Positions 25,442 through 34,433 of a stretch of 36,362 nucleotides of DNA are shown in pieces. Position numbers and translations under genes: made by a program. Source of the stretch: Chloroflexota bacterium (GTDB lineage Bacteria; Chloroflexota; Limnocylindria; Limnocylindrales; CSP1-4); assembly GCA_031369845.1 (NCBI GenBank), contig JANMPL010000243.1, forward strand, positions 1 to 36,362, in the 5' to 3' direction. The first letter of the stretch is position 1, and each line of letters begins with the position of its first letter. A model generated the notes under the pieces. That model was given only the letters and a program-made list of their open reading frames with translations. It made no database searches and was not told where the DNA came from.

Positions 25442-25639
25442 GTGGAGCGCCGACATCAAATACGCACGCTCGGCGGGGCGATTCTCGTCGCCACCGGTGC
25501 TGTCTGGATCGGTCAGGGCACTGGCCTGTTGCCCGGCAGCAGCTTCATGGTCGGCGATCCGTTGTGGATCGTCTTCGGGGTGCTCGCGATCGCCGTCGGT
25601 ATCGGCTTCATCTGGGTCGGCCTTCGCGGTCGGGGGTGA
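25442..25639 (+). CDS. 65-aa two-TM membrane protein
   Basis: GTG 25442 is preceded by AAGGAGG with a 4-nt spacer. VERRHQIRTLGGAILVATGAVWIGQGTGLLPGSSFMVGDPLWIVFGVLAIAVGIGFIWVGLRGRG. It is the 3' end of a longer Arg-rich track ORF. Confidence 0.5.
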   Translation: MERRHQIRTLGGAILVATGAVWIGQGTGLLPGSSFMVGDPLWIVFGVLAIAVGIGFIWVGLRGRG

Positions 25640-25997
25640 ACCACGACTTCCAGGTCGCGTCCGCCGGCCCGGCCGTGACCGCCTCGCCGAACCGGACGAG
25701 GGGCAGCCGCACCAGGCGCGAGTCGGCGCCGAGCCGCTCGACGATCCCGGCTTCGTCCATCGTCAGGTAGCCGAGCCCGGCGTCGCGGTAGGCGCGACCG
25801 GTGGTGTCGAGCAGGGCCCCGGCGCCGAGCCGCTGAACGAACCGCCGCAGCTCGCCCGGCGAGATCGGCTTGCGGTGGAGATCGACGAGATGAACCTCGG
25901 CCCGGCGCTCCTTGAAGAACCGGATCGCCGCCCGGGTCGCCCGGTCGTTCTCGAGGCCGAAGATCTGGACGCGTGGCGCGACAGGGCTCGGAGCCAT
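25608..25997 (-). CDS. ArsC/Spx/YffB-fold protein lacking all cysteines
   Basis: From ATG 25997: VQIFGLENDRATRAAIRFFKERRAEVHLVDLHRKPISPGELRRFV...RLPLV aligns by eye with the ArsC-family pattern IYGxxNCxxCRKAxxxL. The Cys positions read D and T, and the 129-aa protein contains no Cys. Confidence 0.7.
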   Translation of the reverse strand: MAPSPVAPRVQIFGLENDRATRAAIRFFKERRAEVHLVDLHRKPISPGELRRFVQRLGAGALLDTTGRAYRDAGLGYLTMDEAGIVERLGADSRLVRLPLVRFGEAVTAGPADATWKSWFTPDREGRPR

Positions 25998-26061
25998 GAC
26001 GCGGAGGGTAGCGGTCGGCCGGCGCCGTCGCCGGGTACCATCACCTGACAGGAGGTGCCCG

Positions 26062-26325
26062 GTGACGGTCTGGTTCACGGTGAAGCTCGACGATCGGCCG
26101 GGTGCGCTCGCCCGGATGGCCACCGCCCTCGGCGAGCGTGGCGTCAACATCGCCGGGATCGTCGGGATCGCCGAGGACACCAACGGCGAGCTCATGCTTG
26201 AGACGAGCGACCCAGCGATCACCCGCGAGGCGTTCGACGCGCTCGGCCTGGCCTACGAGGCCCACGATTCCGAGGCCGACGGCGATCCGGGCCGTATGTC
26301 GATCGCCGACATCACTTCGCGCTGA
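26062..26325 (+). CDS. Stand-alone ACT-domain protein (87 aa)
   Basis: GTG 26062 is preceded by AGGAGG with a 6-nt spacer. VWFTVKLDDRPGALARMATALGERGVNIAGIVGI is a typical ACT beta-alpha-beta start. Confidence 0.7.
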   Translation: MTVWFTVKLDDRPGALARMATALGERGVNIAGIVGIAEDTNGELMLETSDPAITREAFDALGLAYEAHDSEADGDPGRMSIADITSR

Positions 26326-26341
26326 CGCGGAGCCCGACCCG

Positions 26342-27034
26342 ATGCCCCGGCGGACGCCCGCCGACTCGTCCGCTGTCGCCCTTCGGGTCGATCACGTCGA
26401 CCGACCGGAGGCGATCGCGACCATCGCGGCTCGCGTCGCAGCAGCCGGCGGCCGGATCCGGACGCTGTCCACCGTTCGACGTGTCGCTGCGCACGAGGGA
26501 GCTCCGGCGATCGCGGAGATCGAGGTCGAGGTCGAGGGCTTGTCCGAGGCCGACCTTGTAGCGCTGCTCGAGGACGTTGACGACGTCAGCCAGGTTCACC
26601 TGACGAGGGCCCTCGAGCGGATCTTCGGCAAGCGGATCATCGTCATCGGCGGCGGGGCCCAGGTCGCCCAGGTGGCCCTCGGTGCCGTCAGCGAGGCCGA
26701 CCGCCACAACCTCCGCGGCGAGCGGATCAGCGTCGACACGATCGCCCTCGTCGGCGAAGCCGAGATCGCCGCTGCCGTCCGCGCTGTGGCGGACCTCCCG
26801 CGAGCACGGCTGCTCGTCCTCGCCGGCTCGATCATGGGCGGCGACATCAGCGCGGCGGCCGACGAGATCCGGGCGGTCGGCATCCCGATCATCTCGCTCA
26901 ACATGGTCGGCTCGATCACGGAGCACGTGGATCTGGTTGTGTCGGACCCCGTCCAGGCCGGAACGATGGCCGTCATGGCGATCGCTGACACGGCCGCGTT
27001 CGATCTCGATCGGCAGCGCGGGCGGCGGTTCTAG
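26342..27034 (+). CDS. ACT-like N-terminal domain fused to a Rossmann-like GGGAQVA domain; family unassigned
   Basis: ATG 26342. N-terminus ALRVDHVDRPEAIATIAARVAAAGGRIRTL...EIEVEVEG is ACT-like. C-terminus KRIIVIGGGAQVAQVALGAVSEADRHNLRGERISVDTIALVGE...LVLAGSIMGGDIS...GIPIISLNMVGSI. I cannot name the family from memory. Confidence 0.7.
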   Translation: MPRRTPADSSAVALRVDHVDRPEAIATIAARVAAAGGRIRTLSTVRRVAAHEGAPAIAEIEVEVEGLSEADLVALLEDVDDVSQVHLTRALERIFGKRIIVIGGGAQVAQVALGAVSEADRHNLRGERISVDTIALVGEAEIAAAVRAVADLPRARLLVLAGSIMGGDISAAADEIRAVGIPIISLNMVGSITEHVDLVVSDPVQAGTMAVMAIADTAAFDLDRQRGRRF

Positions 27035-27036
27035 CG

Positions 27037-27954
27037 ATGCGGATCGCGACCTGGAACGTCAACTCGCTCAAGGCCCGCCAGGAGAAGGTCGACCAATGGC
27101 TTGAGCGCGCCGCGCCCGACGTCCTCCTCATCCAGGAGACCAAGCTCACTGACGCCGACGCCCCGGTCATGCCGTTCGCGATGGCCGGCTACGACCTCCT
27201 CCACCACGGCGAGGGCCGCTGGAACGGCGTCGGGATCGCGACGCGGCAAGGGATGCAGGTCACCGACGTGGTGACGAACTTCGGCGATGGGCCCGTTCGC
27301 GACAGCGGACCAGGTTCCGGGCGTGACTTCAGCGAGGAAGATTTCAACCCGTTCGACGAGGCGCGGATGCTGACTGCGCTCGTCGACGGGATCAGGGTCG
27401 TCACCGTGTACGGGCCCAACGGCCGCGTCGTCGGCAGCCCGTTCTACGCCGGCAAGCTGGCGTGGTACGAGCGCCTCGAGCGGTGGCTGGCGGAGATGCG
27501 CGACCCGGCGGAGCCGCTGCTCGTGGGTGGCGACTTCAACATCGCACCGACCGACGACGACGTCTGGGATGCCCGAGCTGTCCATGGCGGCACGCACGTC
27601 TCGGAGCCGGAGCGCGAGGCGTTCCAGCGGCTCCTCAAATGGGGTCTGATCGACGCGTACCGGCTGCGGGAGACGGCGAGTGGACGCTTCAGCTGGTGGG
27701 ACTACCGGGCCGGCAACTTCCACAAGAACCTCGGCATGCGGATCGACCACCTGCTCGTGACGAAACCGATCGCCGAGCGGGTCGTGGCCGCGGAGATCGA
27801 CCGGGAGGCGCGCAAGGGGCCGCCGATCCCGTCCGACCACGCGCCCGTCTCGGTCGACCTCGACGAGCCCGGCAAGGCATTCGATGCCGGCTGGGAGAGT
27901 GCCCTCGAGCGGATCGCCGCGCGGACGCGTCCTCGGGCCGCGAAGTCCAGCTGA
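27037..27954 (+). CDS. xthA: Exodeoxyribonuclease III (AP endonuclease)
   Basis: MRIATWNVNSLKAR, LLIQETKL, GGDFNIAPTDDDVWD, RIDHLLVT and PSDHAPVSVDL are the EEP/ExoIII catalytic motifs. Starts 2 nt after the upstream stop. Confidence 0.9.
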   Translation: MRIATWNVNSLKARQEKVDQWLERAAPDVLLIQETKLTDADAPVMPFAMAGYDLLHHGEGRWNGVGIATRQGMQVTDVVTNFGDGPVRDSGPGSGRDFSEEDFNPFDEARMLTALVDGIRVVTVYGPNGRVVGSPFYAGKLAWYERLERWLAEMRDPAEPLLVGGDFNIAPTDDDVWDARAVHGGTHVSEPEREAFQRLLKWGLIDAYRLRETASGRFSWWDYRAGNFHKNLGMRIDHLLVTKPIAERVVAAEIDREARKGPPIPSDHAPVSVDLDEPGKAFDAGWESALERIAARTRPRAAKSS

Positions 27955-27966
27955 GCCGAGCCCCGG

Positions 27967-29292
27967 TTACCGGACGATCGCGATCCGGGGCACCCAGCCC
28001 TCCTGCCCGCTCGGCGTCCTGACCTGAAGGAAGCCCCCTTGATCACCGATGATCTCGACCTCGTCGCCGCGATCGAGGCGACTGATCTCGTTCGACCTGA
28101 GGTCGTCGGGCCCGTCAGACAGGCGAACGAGCCGATACCCGATCGTCCGCCGGTCCGCTCCCGTTCGCGCGGGTGAATCGAACCGTTCCGGTTCGCGTGC
28201 GACGTACGCCGCACGGTCACTCCACTGGCGCTGCTCTCGAAGGGTCGGACGCAGCCAGCGGGGCAGGTTGGCCTCGTCCGGGTTGACCCCGTCGCCGTCC
28301 GTTCCGCCCACCGGCCTTGCGGGCGGGTTGAGCAGGACCCGAGTCGAGACGGCCACCGCTGCCGCGAGGTTCGCCCCGACCGGCACCTGTTCACGGCGGG
28401 CCGGACGGCGAAGGGCGAACGCGAACAGCATCACGCCGAGGGCTGTCGTCAGGGACCACGCGAAGACCGGAAGCCAGATGCCTGGATCGAACCCGAACCG
28501 TAGCGACGACGCGGAGGTTGGCGACTGCGGACGTGGCGTCTGCGGGCCGATGATCGCGCCACCGGAGCCCCCCGATCCACCGCCGACCGCCGGTCCGCCC
28601 GGCCCCCCAATGGCGACCTGCCCCGGATCCGATGGCGTCGGCGCCGGATCTGTCGCTCGTGCGCTCGGGGCAGGCGTCAATTCCGGCGCGGCGGTTGCGG
28701 CCGCCGTCGGCCGGGGGGTCGGGGCTGGCGTCGGCTTCGGGGTCGCTTTCGGGGGCGGAACGGGCGTCGGCCTGGGCGTGGGCTTCGGGGTTGGTTTCGG
28801 GGTCGGCTTGGGCGTGGGCTTGGGCGTCGGCTTCGGGGTTGGGGCGATGATCACGACCTGCCCCGGCGCGACCTTCTTCAGGACTGCCGAGCGCTTGCCC
28901 GCACCGGTGCCGCTCGTCGCCTCAAAGCGGTAACCCCAGGTTCCTGCCGGCAGCTTCAACGTCTTCGAATAGGTCACACCGGCGGCGTAGTTCGTGCCGG
29001 AGCGGGTCATCGGATACGTCCCGCGACCGGGGATGACGAGAACCATCCGCGAGGGTGGGCAGCCGGCGAGATCCCTGTAGCGAACTGTGAACGTGACGCT
29101 GGTCGATGGCGTGCCGGAGCCCGGCGTCGCCTTGCCCGCGGACAGCGTGGGAGCCGAGTGTGAAGCGCCGTTACAGCTGGCCGCGACCGCGCGGTCAGAG
29201 GTGATGGGCAGCAGGACGCCCGCCAACGCGACGGCAGCGGCGAGGACTGCCGCGCGCGCGGTTCGGAATCGTGCCGAGTGGCGTTGCGTCAT
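27967..29292 (-). CDS. Membrane protein: signal peptide, Ig-like ectodomain, PT-repeat linker, one TM segment, C-terminal SH3-like domain
   Basis: Signal [29 protein letters not shown]. (PTPK)n linker. TM segment [23 protein letters not shown]-terminus [33 protein letters not shown] resembles a bacterial SH3 domain. Confidence 0.75.
   Translation of the reverse strand: MTQRHSARFRTARAAVLAAAVALAGVLLPITSDRAVAASCNGASHSAPTLSAGKATPGSGTPSTSVTFTVRYRDLAGCPPSRMVLVIPGRGTYPMTRSGTNYAAGVTYSKTLKLPAGTWGYRFEATSGTGAGKRSAVLKKVAPGQVVIIAPTPKPTPKPTPKPTPKPTPKPTPRPTPVPPPKATPKPTPAPTPRPTAAATAAPELTPAPSARATDPAPTPSDPGQVAIGGPGGPAVGGGSGGSGGAIIGPQTPRPQSPTSASSLRFGFDPGIWLPVFAWSLTTALGVMLFAFALRRPARREQVPVGANLAAAVAVSTRVLLNPPARPVGGTDGDGVNPDEANLPRWLRPTLREQRQWSDRAAYVAREPERFDSPARTGADRRTIGYRLVRLSDGPDDLRSNEISRLDRGDEVEIIGDQGGFLQVRTPSGQEGWVPRIAIVR
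28712..28846 (-). repeat. 12-nt tandem repeat array encoding (P-T-P-K/R)n
   Basis: The plus strand shows reiterated GGCGTSGGCTTS / GGGGTYGGYTTC units. Translation on the minus strand is [46 protein letters not shown]. Confidence 0.8.
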
Positions 29293-29464
29293 GTGTGGTT
29301 GGTTCTCCTAGCCCACACCGGTGAGGGCCGACCATGAAGGTACGGCCCCGACCCGGCGAGCGTCCTTGGTCAGAATGCCGCGCGGCCGCCGGTACCTTCG
29401 TTCCACATCACGATGGGCCTTCCGGCGGTACAACGGTGTTGCCAGGAACCAGTGAGGAAACACG

Positions 29465-31132
29465 ATGACCACGCCCGCCGCAGACGGGCTCCCAGGGCCC
29501 AGCGGACGGGTCAATCGGATCAGAAAGCGGCTCATCTGGGCCCTGCTTGGCCCGTTCGCCATCCTGATGAGCGTCGCGACGATCGAAGGGTTCACGCCGG
29601 ACAGTCCGACGCGTCCCGTGATCGTGATCGCGGTGCTCGTCGCGGCCGCCGTGTTGCTGCCTCTCCTGATGGCCTGGCTCGCCCGAGCGATCCTGCGTGA
29701 AGCCGAGGCCCTCGAGAACGAGCGCGGTGAGCTCAGTGAGCTCTACGGCCGGGCCAGCCACGAAGCCCTCGTCGATGGCCTGACCGGCCTCGGCAACCAC
29801 CGTGCGTTCCAGGACGAACTCGCCCGCCAGCTCGATGTCGCGAAACGCAACCGGACGCCGCTATCGCTGATGCTCATCGACGTCGACGATCTCAAGCGGG
29901 TCAACGACACCCACGGCCACGTCGGGGGCGACCGACTCCTCGAGGCTGTTGGGCGGGTCACGGCCGCGATCCTGCGTCGCAGCGACCGCGCGTTCCGGGT
30001 GGGTGGCGACGAGTTCGCGATCCTCCTTCCAAATTCCGACGTCGAGACCGGCCTGGCAGTCGCGCGGCGCATCCTGGCATCCGCCCTGAACGGCGGCGAT
30101 CCAAGCGATGCGATCGACTCCTTCTCGCTTTCGATTGGCGTCGCCGCATACCCGTCGCCAAGCACGGAGAGCCACTATCTCTATCGCAACGCCGACGCCG
30201 CGCTCTACTGGTGCAAGCGACACGGGCGGACGGCGGTCGTCGCGTTCGATCCGGGTCGGCATGGCGTGGCATCGGACGATCGCTCTGTCTCGGAGCTGTC
30301 CGCCGCCATCGGGACGATCATCGCCACGCGGGTCCTGCGACCCGTCTACCAGCCGATCTACTCGATGACGAGCGGCGAACCGATCGGCTACGAGGGGCTC
30401 GTCCGGCCGGCCGAGGGGGCGCCGTTCGCAGACGCCAGCGCGCTCTTCGCGGCGGCCGAGGCAGCGGACCGGACGGTGGAGTTGGACCTCGCCTGCCTCG
30501 AGATCGTTGCCGCGGGGATCAAGCTGCCGAACGCCGACACGTACGTCAGCGTCAACCTCTCGCCGCGAACCCTCGAGTCGAACCTCTTCCACCCGGGCGA
30601 GCTGAAGGCGATCTTCCACCGCAATGGGATCCCCCTCGAGCGAGTCGTTCTCGAACTAACGGAGCGCGAGCAGGTCGAGGACCTCCAGCAACTCCGGAAA
30701 AACGTGGAGGCGTGCCGTCGGGCGGGGATGCGCCTGGCCGCCGATGATGTCGGTGCCGGAAACGCCGGGCTGCGCCTGTTGAGCGAGATCCACTTCGACA
30801 TCGTCAAGATCGACCTCTCGCTCGTCCAGGGCGGGACGATGCACGACCCTTCCCACGGGGTTCTTCGTGCGCTCCGGGAGCTCGCCACCCGGTGGCAGGC
30901 GTCGATCGTGGCCGAGGGGATCGAAACGGCCGCCCAGCTGGCGGTGGTCCGGAGCCTCGGTATCTCCGCTGGGCAGGGGTACCTCCTCGCCCGGCCGGCG
31001 ACGGAAATGAATCCGAACGCCGTCGACCTGGCGGCCTTGGAGTCCTCCGATCAGGGCGACTTTCTGCGAATGGCGACCGATCGCCCCGACAACCAGTTCG
31101 GAGCGCAGCCGAGGATCCCCGCGGCTTCCTGA
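29465..31132 (+). CDS. Membrane-anchored GGDEF-EAL protein (diguanylate cyclase / c-di-GMP phosphodiesterase)
   Basis: Two N-terminal TM segments. GGDEF (RVGGDEFAILL) with an RRSD I-site 5 residues upstream. EAL-domain residues are present (YEGLVRP, NLSPR, ELTE, DDVGAG, KIDLS, EGIET, QGYL). Confidence 0.9.
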   Translation: MTTPAADGLPGPSGRVNRIRKRLIWALLGPFAILMSVATIEGFTPDSPTRPVIVIAVLVAAAVLLPLLMAWLARAILREAEALENERGELSELYGRASHEALVDGLTGLGNHRAFQDELARQLDVAKRNRTPLSLMLIDVDDLKRVNDTHGHVGGDRLLEAVGRVTAAILRRSDRAFRVGGDEFAILLPNSDVETGLAVARRILASALNGGDPSDAIDSFSLSIGVAAYPSPSTESHYLYRNADAALYWCKRHGRTAVVAFDPGRHGVASDDRSVSELSAAIGTIIATRVLRPVYQPIYSMTSGEPIGYEGLVRPAEGAPFADASALFAAAEAADRTVELDLACLEIVAAGIKLPNADTYVSVNLSPRTLESNLFHPGELKAIFHRNGIPLERVVLELTEREQVEDLQQLRKNVEACRRAGMRLAADDVGAGNAGLRLLSEIHFDIVKIDLSLVQGGTMHDPSHGVLRALRELATRWQASIVAEGIETAAQLAVVRSLGISAGQGYLLARPATEMNPNAVDLAALESSDQGDFLRMATDRPDNQFGAQPRIPAAS

Positions 31133-31223
31133 CCGACCGCGTGGGGTCGCGCTCGCGGCCGACGTTCCGCGCACCGGGACGCAATACGCCGTGTTCCGAA
31201 ACGGCGCCTAGGCTCGCCGCCTC

Positions 31224-32342
31224 ATGATCGAGCGTGCGGACGGAACGCCCGAGATTCGTCTGATCGGCCTGTCGAAGCACTTCCGCGAAGTCCGCGCCGT
31301 CGACGACGTGAGCCTCGACATCCGGTCCGGCGAGTTCTTCTCGATGCTCGGGCCGTCGGGGTGCGGCAAGACGACCACGCTCCGGATGATCGGCGGCTTC
31401 GAGCAGCCGAGCCTCGGGCAGATCGAGCTTCGCGGGCGTGACGTCACCGCTGATCCGCCCGACAAGCGACCGGTCAACATGGTGTTCCAGAACTACGCCT
31501 TGTTTCCCCATCTCGACGTGGGCGACAACATCGCCTTCGGACTCCGGCGCAAGAACGTCGAGCGCAGCGAGATCCGTCGGCGGGTCGGCGAGGCGCTCGA
31601 CCTGGTCCACCTTTCGGGCTACGAGAGGCGCCGCCCGAACCAACTGTCCGGCGGCCAGCAGCAGCGCGTCGCCCTTGCCCGGGCGCTGGTCAACCGTCCC
31701 AACGTGCTCCTCCTCGATGAACCGCTCGGGGCCCTTGACCTGAAGCTCCGGAAGCAGCTCCAAGTCGAGCTGAAGCGGGTCCAGACGGAGGTCGGGATCA
31801 CGTTCGTCTACGTGACCCACGACCAGGAGGAGGCGCTGACGATGAGCGACCGGATCGCGGTCATGAACCGCGGACGGGTCGAGCAGCTCGGGACGCCGGA
31901 GGAACTCTACGAGCGACCGACGACCCGCTTCGTCGCCGACTTCATCGGCACGACGAACCTCCTGAGCGGCACGGTGGAGTCGGTTGAAAGCGAGCACGCG
32001 GTCGTCCGGCTGGCGTCCGGGGAGGCCTGCGTGGTCGGCAGGGCGGACCTCGCCGTCGGGCGTTCGATCGAGCTGAGCATCCGTCCGGAGTCCGTCGAGT
32101 TGCGTCCCTCGAATGGCACGTCCTATTGGCCCGCCCCGATAGCCGCCACCGTCGAGCAGGTCGCTTACCTCGGCGGCAGCGTCCAGTACCACGTCCGTTC
32201 CAAGGGAGGTTTGGCCATCACCGCTCTCGCGCCCAAGACCGGAAACCGTTTCGCGGTCGGCAGCGCTGTCGACGTCACGTGGCTGCCGTCAGAGGCGCTC
32301 GTCCTCGCCGGCGATCGGGATCAGGAGGAGGTTCTGGCATGA
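31224..32342 (+). CDS. potA: Spermidine/putrescine ABC transporter ATP-binding protein
   Basis: Walker [10 protein letters not shown], signature [15 protein letters not shown], Walker [12 protein letters not shown], and a PotA-type C-terminal TOBE-like domain. Confidence 0.9.
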   Translation: MIERADGTPEIRLIGLSKHFREVRAVDDVSLDIRSGEFFSMLGPSGCGKTTTLRMIGGFEQPSLGQIELRGRDVTADPPDKRPVNMVFQNYALFPHLDVGDNIAFGLRRKNVERSEIRRRVGEALDLVHLSGYERRRPNQLSGGQQQRVALARALVNRPNVLLLDEPLGALDLKLRKQLQVELKRVQTEVGITFVYVTHDQEEALTMSDRIAVMNRGRVEQLGTPEELYERPTTRFVADFIGTTNLLSGTVESVESEHAVVRLASGEACVVGRADLAVGRSIELSIRPESVELRPSNGTSYWPAPIAATVEQVAYLGGSVQYHVRSKGGLAITALAPKTGNRFAVGSAVDVTWLPSEALVLAGDRDQEEVLA

Positions 32343-33556
32343 CTGATCGATACGACGGGTCGACGATCGATTTGGAGAAAGAACTCGTCCGGTACATGGT
32401 CGAGCGCAAACTGAGCCGACGGGAGCTGCTCGAGCGAATCGCCGCGGTGGGCTCGGCGGCCGCACTCGCCCCGATCATCGCCGCCTGCACGACGGGCGGC
32501 GCGGCCTCCAGTTCCGGGGCCTCCGCGAGCGCGGCAGCTCCATCGTCGGCGGCACCCGCCACAGCGTCCCCCTCCCCGACCCCCGTGCCATCCCCGGAAG
32601 CCGAGCTCTTCATCTACAACTGGACCGACTATCTCGCAGAGGACGTCATCAAGTCGTTCGAGGCGAAGTACAAGACGAAGGTGACCCAGAGCTTCTTCTC
32701 GAACACGGACGAGGCGTACGCGAAGCTCGGCGACGACGGCGGAGGCTACGACCTCAGCTTCCCGATCTCGGTCGACGTCCCTTCCTTCATCGAGAAGGGC
32801 GCGATCGTCAAGCTCGACAAGTCGCTCCTGCCGAACATCAAGAACCTGGGTACCGAGTGGGCGAATCCCGGCTACGACCCCGGCAACACGTACTCCGTTC
32901 CGTACATGTGGTGGACCACCGGCGTGGGCTACGACTCGGCGAAGATCACCGACGAACCGACGAGCTCGAAGGCGCTCTGGGATCCTCGTTGGGCTAAGCA
33001 CATCTCGATGCTCGACGACTTCCAGGAGGTCTTCGGGCTTGCGCTCATCCAGCTCGGCCACTCCGCCAACACCGATGACACGGGTGAGCTCGACGAAGCG
33101 CTCGCGCTCCTCAAGGAACAGAAGCCGCTTGTCAGGACCTACTCGACCGACACGATCACGACGATGACGTCGGAGGACGTCTGGATCGGCCACATCTGGG
33201 GCGCCGATCGGTTCGCGATCCAGGAGATCAACGAGAACGTCCTGTACTACATCCCGGAGGAGGGCGGGGTGAAGGGTTCCGACACCATCGCCGTCTTCTC
33301 GGGCGCCCCTCACCCGATCGCGGCCCACCTGTTCATCAACCACATACTCGACGCCGAGAACAGCGCTACCAACACGAACCTCATCTATTACATGGGTCCG
33401 AACGCCGCGGCCAAGGAGTTCATCGATCCGGCCATCCTCGAGGACCCGACGATCAACCCGGATCAGAAGATCGTGGACAAGCTCGAGGAGCTGCTCAATC
33501 TCGAGCCGGCCCTCCGCGACGAGTACCTGAAGCGCTGGCAGGAGCTGCGCGCCTGA
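32339..33556 (+). CDS. potD: Polyamine ABC transporter substrate-binding lipoprotein
   Basis: ATG 32339 overlaps the potA stop (ATGA) and follows CAGGAGGAGG. Tat-like SRRELL plus lipobox IIAAC. PotD/PotF-like core (LFIYNWTDYLAEDVIKSFE..., YMWWTTG). Confidence 0.85.
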   Translation: MTDRYDGSTIDLEKELVRYMVERKLSRRELLERIAAVGSAAALAPIIAACTTGGAASSSGASASAAAPSSAAPATASPSPTPVPSPEAELFIYNWTDYLAEDVIKSFEAKYKTKVTQSFFSNTDEAYAKLGDDGGGYDLSFPISVDVPSFIEKGAIVKLDKSLLPNIKNLGTEWANPGYDPGNTYSVPYMWWTTGVGYDSAKITDEPTSSKALWDPRWAKHISMLDDFQEVFGLALIQLGHSANTDDTGELDEALALLKEQKPLVRTYSTDTITTMTSEDVWIGHIWGADRFAIQEINENVLYYIPEEGGVKGSDTIAVFSGAPHPIAAHLFINHILDAENSATNTNLIYYMGPNAAAKEFIDPAILEDPTINPDQKIVDKLEELLNLEPALRDEYLKRWQELRA

Positions 33557-33578
33557 TCCACGCCGGCGTCACGGCAGG

Positions 33579-34433
33579 ATGAGCCGCCTCGCCAGGCTCC
33601 GAGGCACCGCGCTCGTCCTGCCGGGGGTCGCCTGGCTCGTCCTGTTCTTCGTTGTCCCGCTGGCGATCATCTTCGTCGTCAGTCTCGGCCAGCGCGGCGC
33701 CCTCGACCGCATCGACCTGTCCAGCCCGAACCTGGACAACTACGCCCGCGCCTTCGACCCGATCTTCCTTCCGACGTTTCTCAACTCGCTCCGCTACGCG
33801 GCGATCACGACGATCCTGTCCCTCGCGATCGGCTACCCGATCGCCTACTGGATCTCGCGCTACGGCGGCCGCCGGAAGGCGCTGCTGCTGATCCTCGTCA
33901 TGCTGCCGTTCTGGACGAGCTACCTCATCCGGACCTACTCGTGGATGATCATCCTGCGGGACAACGGGGTCCTGAACTCGCTGCTCCAGGCCGTCGGCCT
34001 GACACACGAGCCACTCATCCTCATGAACACCGACGTGTCGGTCATCCTCGGCATGACCTACGGCTTCCTGCCGTTCGCGATCCTGCCGATGTTCGTCTCG
34101 ATCGACCGGCTCGACTCGAATCTCCTCGCCGTGGGCCGCGACCTCTACGCGTCCGGACGAGGTGTGTTCCTCCACGTGACGCTGCCGCTGACGATGCCCG
34201 GGATCATCGCCGCATCGCTGCTCACGTTCATTCCGGCGATCGGTGACTTCGTGACGCCCGACCTCCTCGGCGGGCCGCAGACAACGACGATTGCCAAGAA
34301 CATCCAGGAGCTCTTCCTCGAGGGGCGCGACTGGCCGTACGGCGCGGCTCTCGGGTTCATCCTCATGATCGTCACCCTCGGCGGGACGCTCGTCGCGCTG
34401 CGGACGCTCCGGCGCGAGGTCGTCGGGTCGTGA
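33579..34433 (+). CDS. potB: Polyamine ABC transporter permease
   Basis: Six TM segments and an EAA-type loop (AVGRDLYASGRGVFLHVTLPLTMPG), PotB-like. Confidence 0.9.
   Translation: MSRLARLRGTALVLPGVAWLVLFFVVPLAIIFVVSLGQRGALDRIDLSSPNLDNYARAFDPIFLPTFLNSLRYAAITTILSLAIGYPIAYWISRYGGRRKALLLILVMLPFWTSYLIRTYSWMIILRDNGVLNSLLQAVGLTHEPLILMNTDVSVILGMTYGFLPFAILPMFVSIDRLDSNLLAVGRDLYASGRGVFLHVTLPLTMPGIIAASLLTFIPAIGDFVTPDLLGGPQTTTIAKNIQELFLEGRDWPYGAALGFILMIVTLGGTLVALRTLRREVVGS

Noticed and set aside
25995-25998. Divergent ArsC-like and ACT genes sharing a CATG (back-to-back overlapping start codons).
   Set aside because: The ACT gene has a much better start at GTG 26062, with AGGAGG 6 nt upstream and coinciding with the beginning of the ACT fold. 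The ATG 25996 extension would add an Arg-rich unstructured segment.
28712-28846. Short tandem repeats as a possible CRISPR or minisatellite locus. The Gly-codon repeats at about 13150-13346 raised the same question.
   Set aside because: The units are 12 nt with no spacers, lie in frame inside coding sequences, and encode PT-rich and Gly-rich low-complexity linkers.
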